From a virus, in the IMG/VR virus record IMGVR_UViG_3300028558_000027, positions 3,420-67,419 of that record: DNA of 64,000 nucleotides; one strand, given 5' to 3'. Every line of letters begins with the position of its first letter. The stretch's first letter is position 1. Below, piece by piece: positions 38,833 to 48,155 of this stretch. Both the position numbers and the translations under genes were made by a program. The notes under the pieces are model-generated. The model saw only the letters and a program-made list of their open reading frames with translations, was not told where the DNA came from and searched no databases.

Positions 38833-39399
38833 GTGAAGACCTGTTCAAAGTGTGAGACTCCCAAAGAAGTAGGTGAATTTAACAAGCGGGCCGCTAGTCC
38901 CGATGGGCGTCAACCAATATGTAGGCAATGTCAGAGAGCAAAAGATACGGTCTACTCACGAGATAATAGTGAAAAGAAGTCGGCGCGTGCCACTGCTTGG
39001 ATTAAGGAAAATCCCGAGCGCTTTCGCGCCACCCGCAAGGCATATCAGAAAAGGAAGACGCAGACGGACCCGAACTATCGTCTAGCTAGGCTCCTTCGTT
39101 CCCGCCTATACAACGCACTGCAGGGTAGATTCAAAGCCGGCTCCGCTGTTGACTCACTTGGCTGCACTGTCCCCGAGCTTCGGGACCATCTTGAGAAACA
39201 ATTCCAGCCCGGCATGACCTGGGAGAACTATGGCAAGTGGCACATCGACCACGCCAAGGCGTTGGTCACGTTCGATCTAACGGATGCTGGCCAATTCGCC
39301 CAAGCCTGCCACTACACCAACCTGCGCCCGCTGTGGGCCACAGAAAACATCGTCCTGGGAGGAAAGCTGCGGCATTTCAAACGAGTTGTCCCGTCCTAA
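38833..39399 (+). CDS. HNH homing endonuclease
   Basis: CSKC and CRQC; WENYGKWHIDH...CHYTNLRPLWATEN. Confidence 0.85.
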   Translation: MKTCSKCETPKEVGEFNKRAASPDGRQPICRQCQRAKDTVYSRDNSEKKSARATAWIKENPERFRATRKAYQKRKTQTDPNYRLARLLRSRLYNALQGRFKAGSAVDSLGCTVPELRDHLEKQFQPGMTWENYGKWHIDHAKALVTFDLTDAGQFAQACHYTNLRPLWATENIVLGGKLRHFKRVVPS

Positions 39400-39454
39400 A
39401 TCCCAATCTTCAAGAGCAACCAGCTACCTCAACCACTCTTGAAAGGAACCGACT

Positions 39455-40177
39455 ATGTCCACTGAAATTATCTCCAACGGCCAGAATTTTCTCGTCAAGC
39501 GCCTCGACCGTAAGTTCGGTGGAAAGCGTTCGGATGCCTTCAAGATTGACGGTACCACCGGCGCGGTTACTGTCGGTACGGTTGACGTCCCCTCGTCGCT
39601 GACCATCAACGGAACGACCAACTTCGGTGCAAGCACTCTGGCCTCCCTCTCGGTGGCTGGCGCTTCGTCTCTGAAGGCTCTGACGGTTACCACGCTCGCG
39701 ACGACTGGCAAGAGCACCTTCACTCCTGCAGCTCAGACCGCGCGAACGGCTTCGACCGAGGTTGTGAACTTCGACGTCGCCAACTCGGCCACGCAGCAGT
39801 GGGCCACCGGTGCCCTCACCACGCAACGCGAGACTTTCGTCCGCAAGCCGACGTATGCGTTCGTCGGCGCGAGCACCATCACCTCGGCGGCGACCTTCGC
39901 CATCGAGGGCGCTCCCGTCGCCGGCACCAACGCGACCATCACCAACGCCTACGCCCTGTGGGTGCAAGCTGGCGCGACCCGTTTCGACGGGAACTTCGGC
40001 CTCAACAAGACTCCCGTTGCTCAGCAGACTGCGCTTGGTACCACGACCGGCTTCACCGCCGCGACCGGCACCGCGGTCCTGGCTGGTTCGACTTTCACGG
40101 GTGGCACCGGCGCATCCGCCTACACGATCGGCGATCTCGTCCTGGCTCTGAAGAACTTCGGAATGCTCGCCGCGTAA
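39455..40177 (+). CDS. head fibre / decoration-like structural protein
   Basis: Thr/Ala/Gly-rich, C-terminal LVLALKNFGMLA, late motif variant upstream. Confidence 0.65.
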   Translation: MSTEIISNGQNFLVKRLDRKFGGKRSDAFKIDGTTGAVTVGTVDVPSSLTINGTTNFGASTLASLSVAGASSLKALTVTTLATTGKSTFTPAAQTARTASTEVVNFDVANSATQQWATGALTTQRETFVRKPTYAFVGASTITSAATFAIEGAPVAGTNATITNAYALWVQAGATRFDGNFGLNKTPVAQQTALGTTTGFTAATGTAVLAGSTFTGGTGASAYTIGDLVLALKNFGMLAA

Positions 40178-40202
40178 TTCAAAAACCTTAGCTTACCTAT
40201 TT

Positions 40203-40239
40203 AAACGCCCACCCCGGTTGCTGCCGGCGGTGGGCGTTT
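40203..40239 (+). terminator. intrinsic terminator
   Basis: AAACGCCCACC...GGTGGGCGTTT inverted repeat. Confidence 0.75.
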
Positions 40240-40254
40240 CGCTACATACAGTAT

Positions 40255-40536
40255 GTGAGCGATCCAGTTATATCGGAACATGGCGTCAAGCTAATACTAG
40301 ACGCAGCAAATGCGCTATTGACGCAAGCGCCCGTGCTTGTCGAAGGTAACGTTCACTATGCGATCGGTGCCCTGAGCATAGCCCTGGGCACCGCCGCTGC
40401 GATGGCCGGAATGTCTTATGACGAGCTGATAAAAATGCTCTCCCAGCACTATGAGCAGCAGCTCTTGAAGGAAATCGGAGACAGCCTCAAGGAGACAACC
40501 GCAGAGATTCTGTTGCCGAAGAAGGGGACCCATTGA
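40255..40536 (+). CDS. hypothetical protein
   Basis: 93 aa; GTG 9 nt after GTTTCGCTAC. Confidence 0.65.
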   Translation: MSDPVISEHGVKLILDAANALLTQAPVLVEGNVHYAIGALSIALGTAAAMAGMSYDELIKMLSQHYEQQLLKEIGDSLKETTAEILLPKKGTH

Positions 40537-40859
40537 AAACTCCAGTGGAGCCTGCGGCGTTTCACGTCGTCAAGGTCGCTCCTAACATAATGGCTGCTTG
40601 GAAGGGGAGGGCCACGATCAAGCTGGCGCTGCAGGAATCATTTCCTGTCGGAACGCGCGTTCTCTTTGTGGAGTGGGCTGGCCAGCAAACTGGGCGGGCT
40701 GATCTGTGTCACGTACTTCAGAAGGATGAAGCGACTACTCTAGCTCGTAGCTGGTGCTGGCACTCGGACAAGATCGATTGCGACTTGTCATTCTTGAGTC
40801 TGACGGCTCTGCCTGCCGAGCATCCTATGATTACAGATGTTTCGCTACTAGATGTCTAA
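40533..40859 (+). CDS. ASCH/PUA-like (DUF3850-like) protein
   Basis: FPVGTRVLFVEW...TGR pattern. Confidence 0.45.
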   Translation: MKTPVEPAAFHVVKVAPNIMAAWKGRATIKLALQESFPVGTRVLFVEWAGQQTGRADLCHVLQKDEATTLARSWCWHSDKIDCDLSFLSLTALPAEHPMITDVSLLDV

Positions 40860-40873
40860 AGGTAACGAAACCA

Positions 40874-41050
40874 ATGACCACTTCAGCATCTAAGAAACGT
40901 CTAGACGAAATCGCAGCAGCTATCAAAGCAGGAGCACGTCCAGAGTCCTTCAAAGCAGAACTCGATCGTCTGCTTGGTACAGTACTTTCGGAGCGAGACG
41001 AAGAGATCGAGATAGCTTGGGAATCGAACTACAGGGGTAAGGATGTCTAA
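40874..41050 (+). CDS. hypothetical protein
   Basis: MTTSASKK start downstream of a promoter motif. Confidence 0.55.
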   Translation: MTTSASKKRLDEIAAAIKAGARPESFKAELDRLLGTVLSERDEEIEIAWESNYRGKDV

Positions 41051-41369
41051 GGCGCCTCCTACCAGCCTGTCTGACGTTCACGATCTTGTCGTCGAGATGT
41101 ACCGCAAGGGCGAGATCAATGCGGACATCTACTACCGAACCACGCTTTCTGTGGCGAGCGAGATGGCACTGACAAGTATGGAGGACGCTCTGTTTTTGTT
41201 ACGCTCGGTGTCTGCCGAGTACATCAGAGGCATCTTGCCGGCTCACATGGCTGGTGACGAGTTCTTCTCGACTGTGGTTCACCGGTTTGCGGAGAGCCTT
41301 GTTGCAGCTGGACAAGCGGTTCCTCTTAATGAAGAGGCGTTCTGGTTTCTCAGGCCTGGTCTTGCCTAG
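41043..41369 (+). CDS. hypothetical protein
   Basis: 108-aa ORF overlapping the upstream stop codon. Confidence 0.65.
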   Translation: MSKAPPTSLSDVHDLVVEMYRKGEINADIYYRTTLSVASEMALTSMEDALFLLRSVSAEYIRGILPAHMAGDEFFSTVVHRFAESLVAAGQAVPLNEEAFWFLRPGLA

Positions 41370-41736
41370 CAAGGGTGAAGCTGGGGCTACCATCGGCTAA
41401 AATTTCGATTTTGGAAATTCCGGCCTCTTTCATCTTGGCCGCCACATCAGTCAACCACGCTAGGTCCGTTTTGGGCTCTGGGCTCTGGGCAGAAAGGGTG
41501 GGCAAAGGTTGTTCAGGGTTGGCTCTCGTACGAAGACCTACGGCTTGGATGGCGTTCCTTTCCTCTCCGATAAGTCTGTTCATGGCGCCTGCGTTCATCG
41601 TCTCGCCGAAATGCTCGCGAAGCTGTTCTCGGTACGTAGCTGTGGTCGCGAATGGATCTTTTCGTACGAGAGCTTTCAAGAACTCCCTCTTGTCGTCGGT
41701 AGCCACTTTCGGTCCCCCTGGTTCGATATCTTCCAT
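41350..41736 (-). CDS. putative HTH DNA-binding protein
   Basis: Resembles 53494-53856; host-type promoter TTGACG-N16-TACACT upstream. Confidence 0.6.
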   Translation of the reverse strand: MEDIEPGGPKVATDDKREFLKALVRKDPFATTATYREQLREHFGETMNAGAMNRLIGEERNAIQAVGLRTRANPEQPLPTLSAQSPEPKTDLAWLTDVAAKMKEAGISKIEILADGSPSFTLARQDQA

Positions 41737-41899
41737 GGCGCTGGTTCAGTACGGACCAAAGTGTAGGTCTTTGTACCTGGCACGTCAACGGAAGTTTTGC
41801 AACTTTTCTTGTATCGGACTTAACGTGAAAAACCTACTGAACAGTCGGACAGTGAATAATCGCGACAAGGACCAACGCAATCTTGGGTGGGAGGTCTAA

Positions 41900-42301
41900 A
41901 TGCTCCTATCCGTTCGGTTCCTGACAGATGTCCAAAATGTTAACAGCTGGGAGGAGGTCTCTGCTGTTGAGATCTATTCTGGCGACGCGCAGACCATTTA
42001 TTTTCGTCTAATTGACGCCAGCTTGGATCGAAGTAATCAGGGCTACTCTCCAGCTGGTCGTCGATACATGGCTCCTGCCACTTCGACTCTGTCGGTGACG
42101 CTGGTCAACATAGACGACGCCAAACAGGTGGTGCGGTCGGCCACACAGCCTTTCAGCCAGGACCCGTCGATCTGGAGCATTCCGATTCTAGCTAGCGACC
42201 CGATTGTCGGCTCGGTGGCGATGAACTTCGTTTTAACGCAGCCCGGACCGGTTGTGTTGAACGCTCGCTTCGCTCCTGGCGTTCTTTTGAGGGTGAAGTA
42301 A
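41900..42301 (+). CDS. virion structural protein
   Basis: Late motif plus GGAGG ribosome-binding site; beta-rich. Confidence 0.65.
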   Translation: MLLSVRFLTDVQNVNSWEEVSAVEIYSGDAQTIYFRLIDASLDRSNQGYSPAGRRYMAPATSTLSVTLVNIDDAKQVVRSATQPFSQDPSIWSIPILASDPIVGSVAMNFVLTQPGPVVLNARFAPGVLLRVK

Positions 42302-43153
42302 GTGAGCGATTATACGATCAGTAAGCCAGGAATGGGGGCGCAGTTTCCCGCTGGAGCCGTAGCTTCGTCATGGGGACGTCTGGAGCCACTGATAACGCCT
42401 GAGCAGTTGGTGAATCGACAGCTGTTTGGGATTCCTTTGGTGTCGGGTACGAAGGACCCCGATACGGGCGTGGCTGATCGTTTGACCCAGGACATGCTTC
42501 AAGACGAGATTGACCGAGCCGTTTCTGAGGTCGAGCTGATGACTCACACGGATCTGATGCCGACTCAGATTCAGGAGAGGCACCCTTGGGACCCGCAAGA
42601 AATGAAGAGTCTGGGGTACCTGCGCCTGAGACATCGTCCAGTCGCCAGCATTGAGTCGGTTGCGATTGCTACCACAGACGGAACGCCCATTTTCACATTC
42701 GATTTGAACTGGATCGAAACAGGTAACTTGGATCAGGGGCAGTTGAACATCATGCCTCTACTTCTGATGCTTGGGCAAAATGGCGGAACAACCGCTATTG
42801 CTGGTACGGCTGCTACGTCCGCTTATTTGAGTTTGTTCGGGGGAAATAGTCGTTGGGCAGCTGCTCTCTTGACGATCGTTTACACCGTTGGCTTCGAGGA
42901 CGGGTTGTTGCCCAAGGTATTAAATGATCTGGTCGGAATTACCGCTGCGATGGCTATTCTTAGCTTTCTGGCTCCTACGTACGGCAAGTCGAATAGCTCG
43001 TCTCTCTCTCTTGACGGTATGTCGCAGAGCATCTCGGGGAACGGCCCAGAGATCTTTACGAAGAGAATGGCCGATCTAGAGAAGATGCAGGCGATGTTGG
43101 TGAAGAAGATCAAGGCGAAGGCCGGTCAATCGATCTTCACTGGCAACGTCTAA
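42302..43153 (+). CDS. head-tail adaptor / neck protein
   Basis: LRHRPVASIES, IVYTVGF and SLSLDGMSQSI patterns typical of adaptors. Confidence 0.7.
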   Translation: MSDYTISKPGMGAQFPAGAVASSWGRLEPLITPEQLVNRQLFGIPLVSGTKDPDTGVADRLTQDMLQDEIDRAVSEVELMTHTDLMPTQIQERHPWDPQEMKSLGYLRLRHRPVASIESVAIATTDGTPIFTFDLNWIETGNLDQGQLNIMPLLLMLGQNGGTTAIAGTAATSAYLSLFGGNSRWAAALLTIVYTVGFEDGLLPKVLNDLVGITAAMAILSFLAPTYGKSNSSSLSLDGMSQSISGNGPEIFTKRMADLEKMQAMLVKKIKAKAGQSIFTGNV

Positions 43154-43165
43154 AGTCCAAAGCTG

Positions 43166-46100
43166 ATGCCCAAAGCAGTCTCACTCGTCATGTGCTACAA
43201 CGCCGCGGGAGAACTCCTGCTCGGCAAGCGCAAGGACACTGGCGAGTACACTCTTCCGGGCGGACACGCCAACGACGACGAGTCTCCCGAAGACTGCGCT
43301 CGTCGTGAGCTGATGGAGGAGGCCGGCATCGAGGCCCAGTCACTCAGTCCCCTCACAACGGTAGAGACGCCGCACGCGACACTGTCCTTCTTTACAGCGT
43401 ATTGCGGGAACGAGCCTGTGGTTCACTCAGAGAATGATCCTGACCAAGAGGTCGAGTCTGACGACTGGCAGTGGGTTTCCGTTAAGGACGGTCTCCCCAA
43501 GCGCTTCTACGATCATCTCGCGGGGCCCGACGATGACAAGAACATCGTTCGGCAGATCTTCGACATGGAGAAGAGCGAGGAGCCGCTTGTAAAAGCCCCT
43601 CCCTTCAATCCAGCCGATGTACCGGCTAATGAGAAACATCTGATTAGACGCTGGCAAGGCGCTCCTGGTCGTAAAGCCGATCGAGACAAGCTTCCGCGAA
43701 TGGAAGGAGCTGCGCGGCTTCGCGCCTTGAGCTGGATCTCAAAGAACACCCAGCATCGAATGAACCCGACTACGAACCAGCGTGAATACTTGTTGCATCG
43801 TGGGATCGGACCGAAGGAACGTAAGGCGATCGGCTCGGGCAATTCTGTCACACACGAGAAGTCCTCTTCCTGGACGCCCTTTGCGCATGTAGCAGAACGA
43901 TTCGGTTCAAAAGATAGACATAGGGGAGGAACTCTTTCGGCGTGGGTTTCGGAGAACGCAATCCATACCGTGCCTCATCAGTTTGGCGATGTTTGGGGTG
44001 GTGGAGAAAGACAAGGACCGAATGCGTTTGCGAATGAAGGGGAGGTGGTAGTGGCTCCCCATACGTCAACTTTGGCCACACCGCCTTCGAGTCCTCGTGT
44101 CGCCAAATCCGAAGACGAAGTCTCCACGCTCCTTCAACATCCGAACCCCGCCGAACGCCTCATGGCTCTCCGTCTCGATTCCGTGAATCCCGTCCATCTC
44201 CAGACAGCCTCTCTCGATCCCGACCCCACCGTTCACGAGGCAGCCATCGAGCATCCGTCCTTTGGTTCCGCCCAGGGCATGCACCTGCTTGAAGCGACCG
44301 CCGATGCTTCGGGGAAGCCTCCTACGGCGCAGCAGCTGGCGTTTCTGTCGCACGTTGACCGAGTGCAGCCTGGACACCTGGACACAGCTCAGAGGCTCTC
44401 CCAGGGCCGTCTAGACGATACCCTGGCTAAGCATCCGGGAATGAATCCCGATCTCATTCGGCAGATGTTCCAGGACCCTCACGTGTCTTTGAGACACCGT
44501 ATGGACCTGCTCCGCCACCCGCAGGCTCCCGCGGACCTCCTCGGAGAGGTCGTGAAGGCCCAAATGCTGGTTCCTTCGGTGGATTCCTCGAAGCTCGCGG
44601 AGACGGCCTTGGCTCATCCTAAAATGTCGCACGACATTCTGGCCCAGCTAATCCACGCTGGCGCCGATCCGATGGTCCAGCCGCATCTCCACGTCCTCGC
44701 GATGCATGCCCTGCAGAACTCTTCGGTGCCGCATGATTTGATCGACGAGCTGTTCGATCAGGGAGCTTATCGGGCGACGGGTGGGCACGCAGCTCTGCGC
44801 TACTCGGCTGCTTCCGGTCCCTCCGCTACCCCCGAGCACATCGAGAGCGCCCTCAATGACCGCGATCCCTTGGTGTGGAAGAATCTTGGACAAGCCAAGA
44901 ACCTCCAGCCACGTCACGTAGGAGTCATTCTCCAGCGCCTGATGGCGGAGAACCCCCGAGACCAAGCAGCGATGCAGGCGCTGTCGGGTTCCAAGGCCTT
45001 CAACATGGGCCATTTGAATCAGATGCTCGGCCAGCCGATAATGAAGAGCGAGCTGTCCAAGGCCATCAAGCCGGAGCATCTCTCATCGATCGCCAAGGCT
45101 GTCGACAAGAACGCCTATAAGGTGGTCGACCACACTCCGGATCTCACGGCCCACCCAGCTGTCAACGGGGCTCACGTGGAGGCCTATCGCCAGCAGGTTT
45201 TGAACTCTCCCAACGAGATCAAGAAGAAGACGGGCGGTGCGGCGAGTCGAAGCGCCGGCATAACGCGTAAGGTCGTGTTTCAAGCACAGGTGCCGGGTGA
45301 AGAGGGTGTATCAAAATTTATGGTGAAGCCGTATCACGAAAGGGTTATACGGCGCGTCAGCGGCTGGCAGAAGCACCCTCATCAAGGGTGGGCAGAAATG
45401 ACGAACCAAGCCCTTTATCATGCAGCTGGGATTGGGCATCTTCATCAGAATGTGTCAGTATCAGAACATGACATGGGGCCCGGTCATGAGAAAGAGCCAG
45501 CACTAGTGATTCATATCAAACCCGGTATGAAGAACCAAGCCGACGCAGGGACTCTTCCTGGTGATCCGTTTTCTCAGGAGTCTGGTCCCCATCAGGATGC
45601 GCGCAAGATAGCCGTCATGGATATGCTCTCAAATAATCTTGATCGACACTACGGCAATCTCCTTCAAGGACAGGACTCTAGTGGCAAGCCGACGCTGCTT
45701 GCCGTCGATCACTCCAGGTCTTTTCAGTACATCGCTCCCCACGATGGGTTGCGTTCTCCCAAGAAGCATGGCGAACTTGAGGATACGTTTGGATCTTATC
45801 ATCAAGATTCTGCCGTCGACGGAGCTAGCCCGGCCATCCCGGAAATCCCTCACTCAGACTGGAAAAAACAGAGCAACAGAATCAATTTGGCTTACGCCGC
45901 TCAAATGAAGACTCTCGAATCGTACCAACCGGTCATCAACGACTGGTGGAGTGAAGTGGGGCCAAAGGTCCGTCAAGAGTTTCATTCGAGACTAGACCAA
46001 ATCAAAGACCCACAGATTCGTGCACACCTGAAACGTAATTTTGATGCACGAGCCGACTGGCTGGATGAGAGAGCAGAGCATGGCATCGAGAACTACGGTG

Positions 46101-46198
46101 TAACCGATTGGCACAAGGATCCGATTCCCATGTTCCGTCCTGGTGAGCTGACGGACAAAGAGAAGGAAGAGAAGGAAGAGAAGGAGCGCTCCAAGTGA
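43166..46198 (+). CDS. multidomain protein: Nudix, ADP-ribosyltransferase-like, HEAT-like repeats, PI3/4K-like kinase
   Basis: Nudix box GGHANDDESPEDCARRELMEEAG; LHRG/SSWT/EGEVVV (R-S-E); LxHP helical repeats; MVKP, AE, NLDRHYGN and VDHS kinase motifs. Confidence 0.8.
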   Translation: MPKAVSLVMCYNAAGELLLGKRKDTGEYTLPGGHANDDESPEDCARRELMEEAGIEAQSLSPLTTVETPHATLSFFTAYCGNEPVVHSENDPDQEVESDDWQWVSVKDGLPKRFYDHLAGPDDDKNIVRQIFDMEKSEEPLVKAPPFNPADVPANEKHLIRRWQGAPGRKADRDKLPRMEGAARLRALSWISKNTQHRMNPTTNQREYLLHRGIGPKERKAIGSGNSVTHEKSSSWTPFAHVAERFGSKDRHRGGTLSAWVSENAIHTVPHQFGDVWGGGERQGPNAFANEGEVVVAPHTSTLATPPSSPRVAKSEDEVSTLLQHPNPAERLMALRLDSVNPVHLQTASLDPDPTVHEAAIEHPSFGSAQGMHLLEATADASGKPPTAQQLAFLSHVDRVQPGHLDTAQRLSQGRLDDTLAKHPGMNPDLIRQMFQDPHVSLRHRMDLLRHPQAPADLLGEVVKAQMLVPSVDSSKLAETALAHPKMSHDILAQLIHAGADPMVQPHLHVLAMHALQNSSVPHDLIDELFDQGAYRATGGHAALRYSAASGPSATPEHIESALNDRDPLVWKNLGQAKNLQPRHVGVILQRLMAENPRDQAAMQALSGSKAFNMGHLNQMLGQPIMKSELSKAIKPEHLSSIAKAVDKNAYKVVDHTPDLTAHPAVNGAHVEAYRQQVLNSPNEIKKKTGGAASRSAGITRKVVFQAQVPGEEGVSKFMVKPYHERVIRRVSGWQKHPHQGWAEMTNQALYHAAGIGHLHQNVSVSEHDMGPGHEKEPALVIHIKPGMKNQADAGTLPGDPFSQESGPHQDARKIAVMDMLSNNLDRHYGNLLQGQDSSGKPTLLAVDHSRSFQYIAPHDGLRSPKKHGELEDTFGSYHQDSAVDGASPAIPEIPHSDWKKQSNRINLAYAAQMKTLESYQPVINDWWSEVGPKVRQEFHSRLDQIKDPQIRAHLKRNFDARADWLDERAEHGIENYGVTDWHKDPIPMFRPGELTDKEKEEKEEKERSK

Positions 46199-47541
46199 AG
46201 GTCTACGTAACCAACATCCAGGACGACTCCGAGCGCCTCTTCGAAGGCACCGACGCTGAGATCGAGCGTCAGCTTCTCTTCGCCTACCCCTGGCTTCGTT
46301 CCAAAGATATCTCCGATCGTGGAGACCTTGAAGGCACGTTGGAGCATCTCGACACCACTCAGATGTATTCCGTGAGCACGGACGACGGCTCCTCTCCGCT
46401 CAACAAATCAGAAGAAGGTCCACCCAATCCCGACTCCGAAAATGTTCGCGACCAGCTCGGATACAGGCCACACCTCGATGCAGCCTTTCGCGCGGCTCGA
46501 TTCCTCTCTGGTCGTCCCGAGGTCTCTCCCGAGGCCGTTCGAGCCGCTCTCTGGGAGAACGACGGTGACCCGAGCGCGACGGCGCTGCTGGTCTACGGCC
46601 TTGAGGTCTCGCCGGAGAACCTGAAGGCCTTGAAGGCTGTTCAGGCGATGGAGGGGATGAAGAAGGCGGAGTCCGTGACTTTGCCGATCCCGGACATCGC
46701 CGCTGCCCACTCTGAAGGCAATGATGTCGCCGATGAGGTACGTCGGGCGTTCAACGACCACTTCGTATTCGAGGTCACGCTCTCGGGCAAGCACTCCGAT
46801 GGGACACTGCTGGCTCACGATGAGAAGACCGGTCACGCCTGGTTGCTTAAGCCAGGTTCCGGAGGGCAGTCGTCCGCGGCTGGTGCGAATGAGGATCCGT
46901 CTACCCAAGCAGCTCGCGAGGCTCTCTTCTATCACGTGGCGAAGACTTGGGGCCTCTACGACTCGTTCCCACGCGCGGAGCTACTGCTCCTCAACGGCAA
47001 GCAGTTCGCTGCCCTGAGGTTCCTCGGCCAAGACTTCAAGACCCTTGGCAAGCTCGAAGATACCGACCCGAGCGCCGGCCGTCGCGTGTTCGCACCGTAT
47101 CTAAATGACGGGCGACTGCATGAGTGGGCGGTCTTGTATTTTATTCTCGGGGAAACGGACGCGCACGCCCAGAATTGCCTTGTAAATGCCGACGGTCTCG
47201 TCCAGTTCATTGACCACGGCGCCGCGATCGCAGGGTCTGACTTCGACCCGGCCAACGACCACAAGTCGTTTGTACCTTGTTTTTTGCGTGCCTGGGGCTC
47301 CAAGAACTTCAACAATCTGCCGGTGGAGAAGAAATTGGCCTCGATGCCTACGGTAAGCAAGCAGGTTGGTACGCAGCTGACTGCTTGGCTGAATTCCATC
47401 CACGCTGACGAGCTGGAAGCAATTCTTTATCGCTACGGGTCGAACCCGGCGGCGTGCCTGGACCGCCTGGCGAAGGTCAAGACGGTCGCTGCAGAGATCG
47501 GCGTCGACGCCGGCATTAACCGGCTCTGGGTCACGGTCTAA
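46195..47541 (+). CDS. PI3/4K/HipA-like kinase-domain protein
   Basis: WLLKP, REA, TDAHAQNCL and FIDHG motifs. Confidence 0.75.
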   Translation: MKVYVTNIQDDSERLFEGTDAEIERQLLFAYPWLRSKDISDRGDLEGTLEHLDTTQMYSVSTDDGSSPLNKSEEGPPNPDSENVRDQLGYRPHLDAAFRAARFLSGRPEVSPEAVRAALWENDGDPSATALLVYGLEVSPENLKALKAVQAMEGMKKAESVTLPIPDIAAAHSEGNDVADEVRRAFNDHFVFEVTLSGKHSDGTLLAHDEKTGHAWLLKPGSGGQSSAAGANEDPSTQAAREALFYHVAKTWGLYDSFPRAELLLLNGKQFAALRFLGQDFKTLGKLEDTDPSAGRRVFAPYLNDGRLHEWAVLYFILGETDAHAQNCLVNADGLVQFIDHGAAIAGSDFDPANDHKSFVPCFLRAWGSKNFNNLPVEKKLASMPTVSKQVGTQLTAWLNSIHADELEAILYRYGSNPAACLDRLAKVKTVAAEIGVDAGINRLWVTV

Positions 47542-47792
47542 GCGTCGCCCCTAGCTGAGGCTTCGACTCTACTTTTCGCTTCTTCGAGTGATTCGCATCT
47601 GCCTAGCCATTCGCGCTCGGCCCCTAGATTCACGATTTCGTTCCAGGCATACCAGAGCGCGGGCTCCGCTTCGTAGATTTGACGCAATTGGACGGAACCT
47701 ATCAGGCACCATTCTTTACGTTGCCCGACGACGTTTTGTTGCACAAGAAAATAGCTATCGTCAATATGTATCCACTTTAGTTCGTGAGCCAT
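47538..47792 (-). CDS. hypothetical early protein
   Basis: MAHELKW start 7 nt after TTGCCA-N18-TAGTAT. Confidence 0.65.
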   Translation of the reverse strand: MAHELKWIHIDDSYFLVQQNVVGQRKEWCLIGSVQLRQIYEAEPALWYAWNEIVNLGAEREWLGRCESLEEAKSRVEASARGDA

Positions 47793-47845
47793 GAATTTGA
47801 TACTAGCAGACGCGTCGGTCATGTGGCAAGCGCAATCTTCAATTT

Positions 47846-48154
47846 ATGCAGCTACGTAAGGAAGACATCGAGTCAAAAAAGACCGTAGGAACCCTGGACG
47901 GGCATGCGGTCATCGAGATTGTGACTACGGGTGGATTAAACATGCTGGTCGTCTCCAAGGGCCAAGGGCGTATGGAAACCCTCGCCTGCGCTCCTCACCG
48001 GGCCGTGGGCCGCTACTTGGCTTCCAAGCGTCACCCCACGATTCGCTTCACCGAGCTGCAGAAGAGTGAGCAGGTGGACCCGAAGATGTTCCAGCATCTC
48101 ATCCCGAAGTACGAGGCGCTTACCGTTCGGTGCAACCAGCTCCTGGGACGCTAA
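47846..48154 (+). CDS. hypothetical late protein
   Basis: ATG 6 nt after CGCAATCTT; contains an LQKS site. Confidence 0.7.
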   Translation: MQLRKEDIESKKTVGTLDGHAVIEIVTTGGLNMLVVSKGQGRMETLACAPHRAVGRYLASKRHPTIRFTELQKSEQVDPKMFQHLIPKYEALTVRCNQLLGR

Positions 48155-48155
48155 G

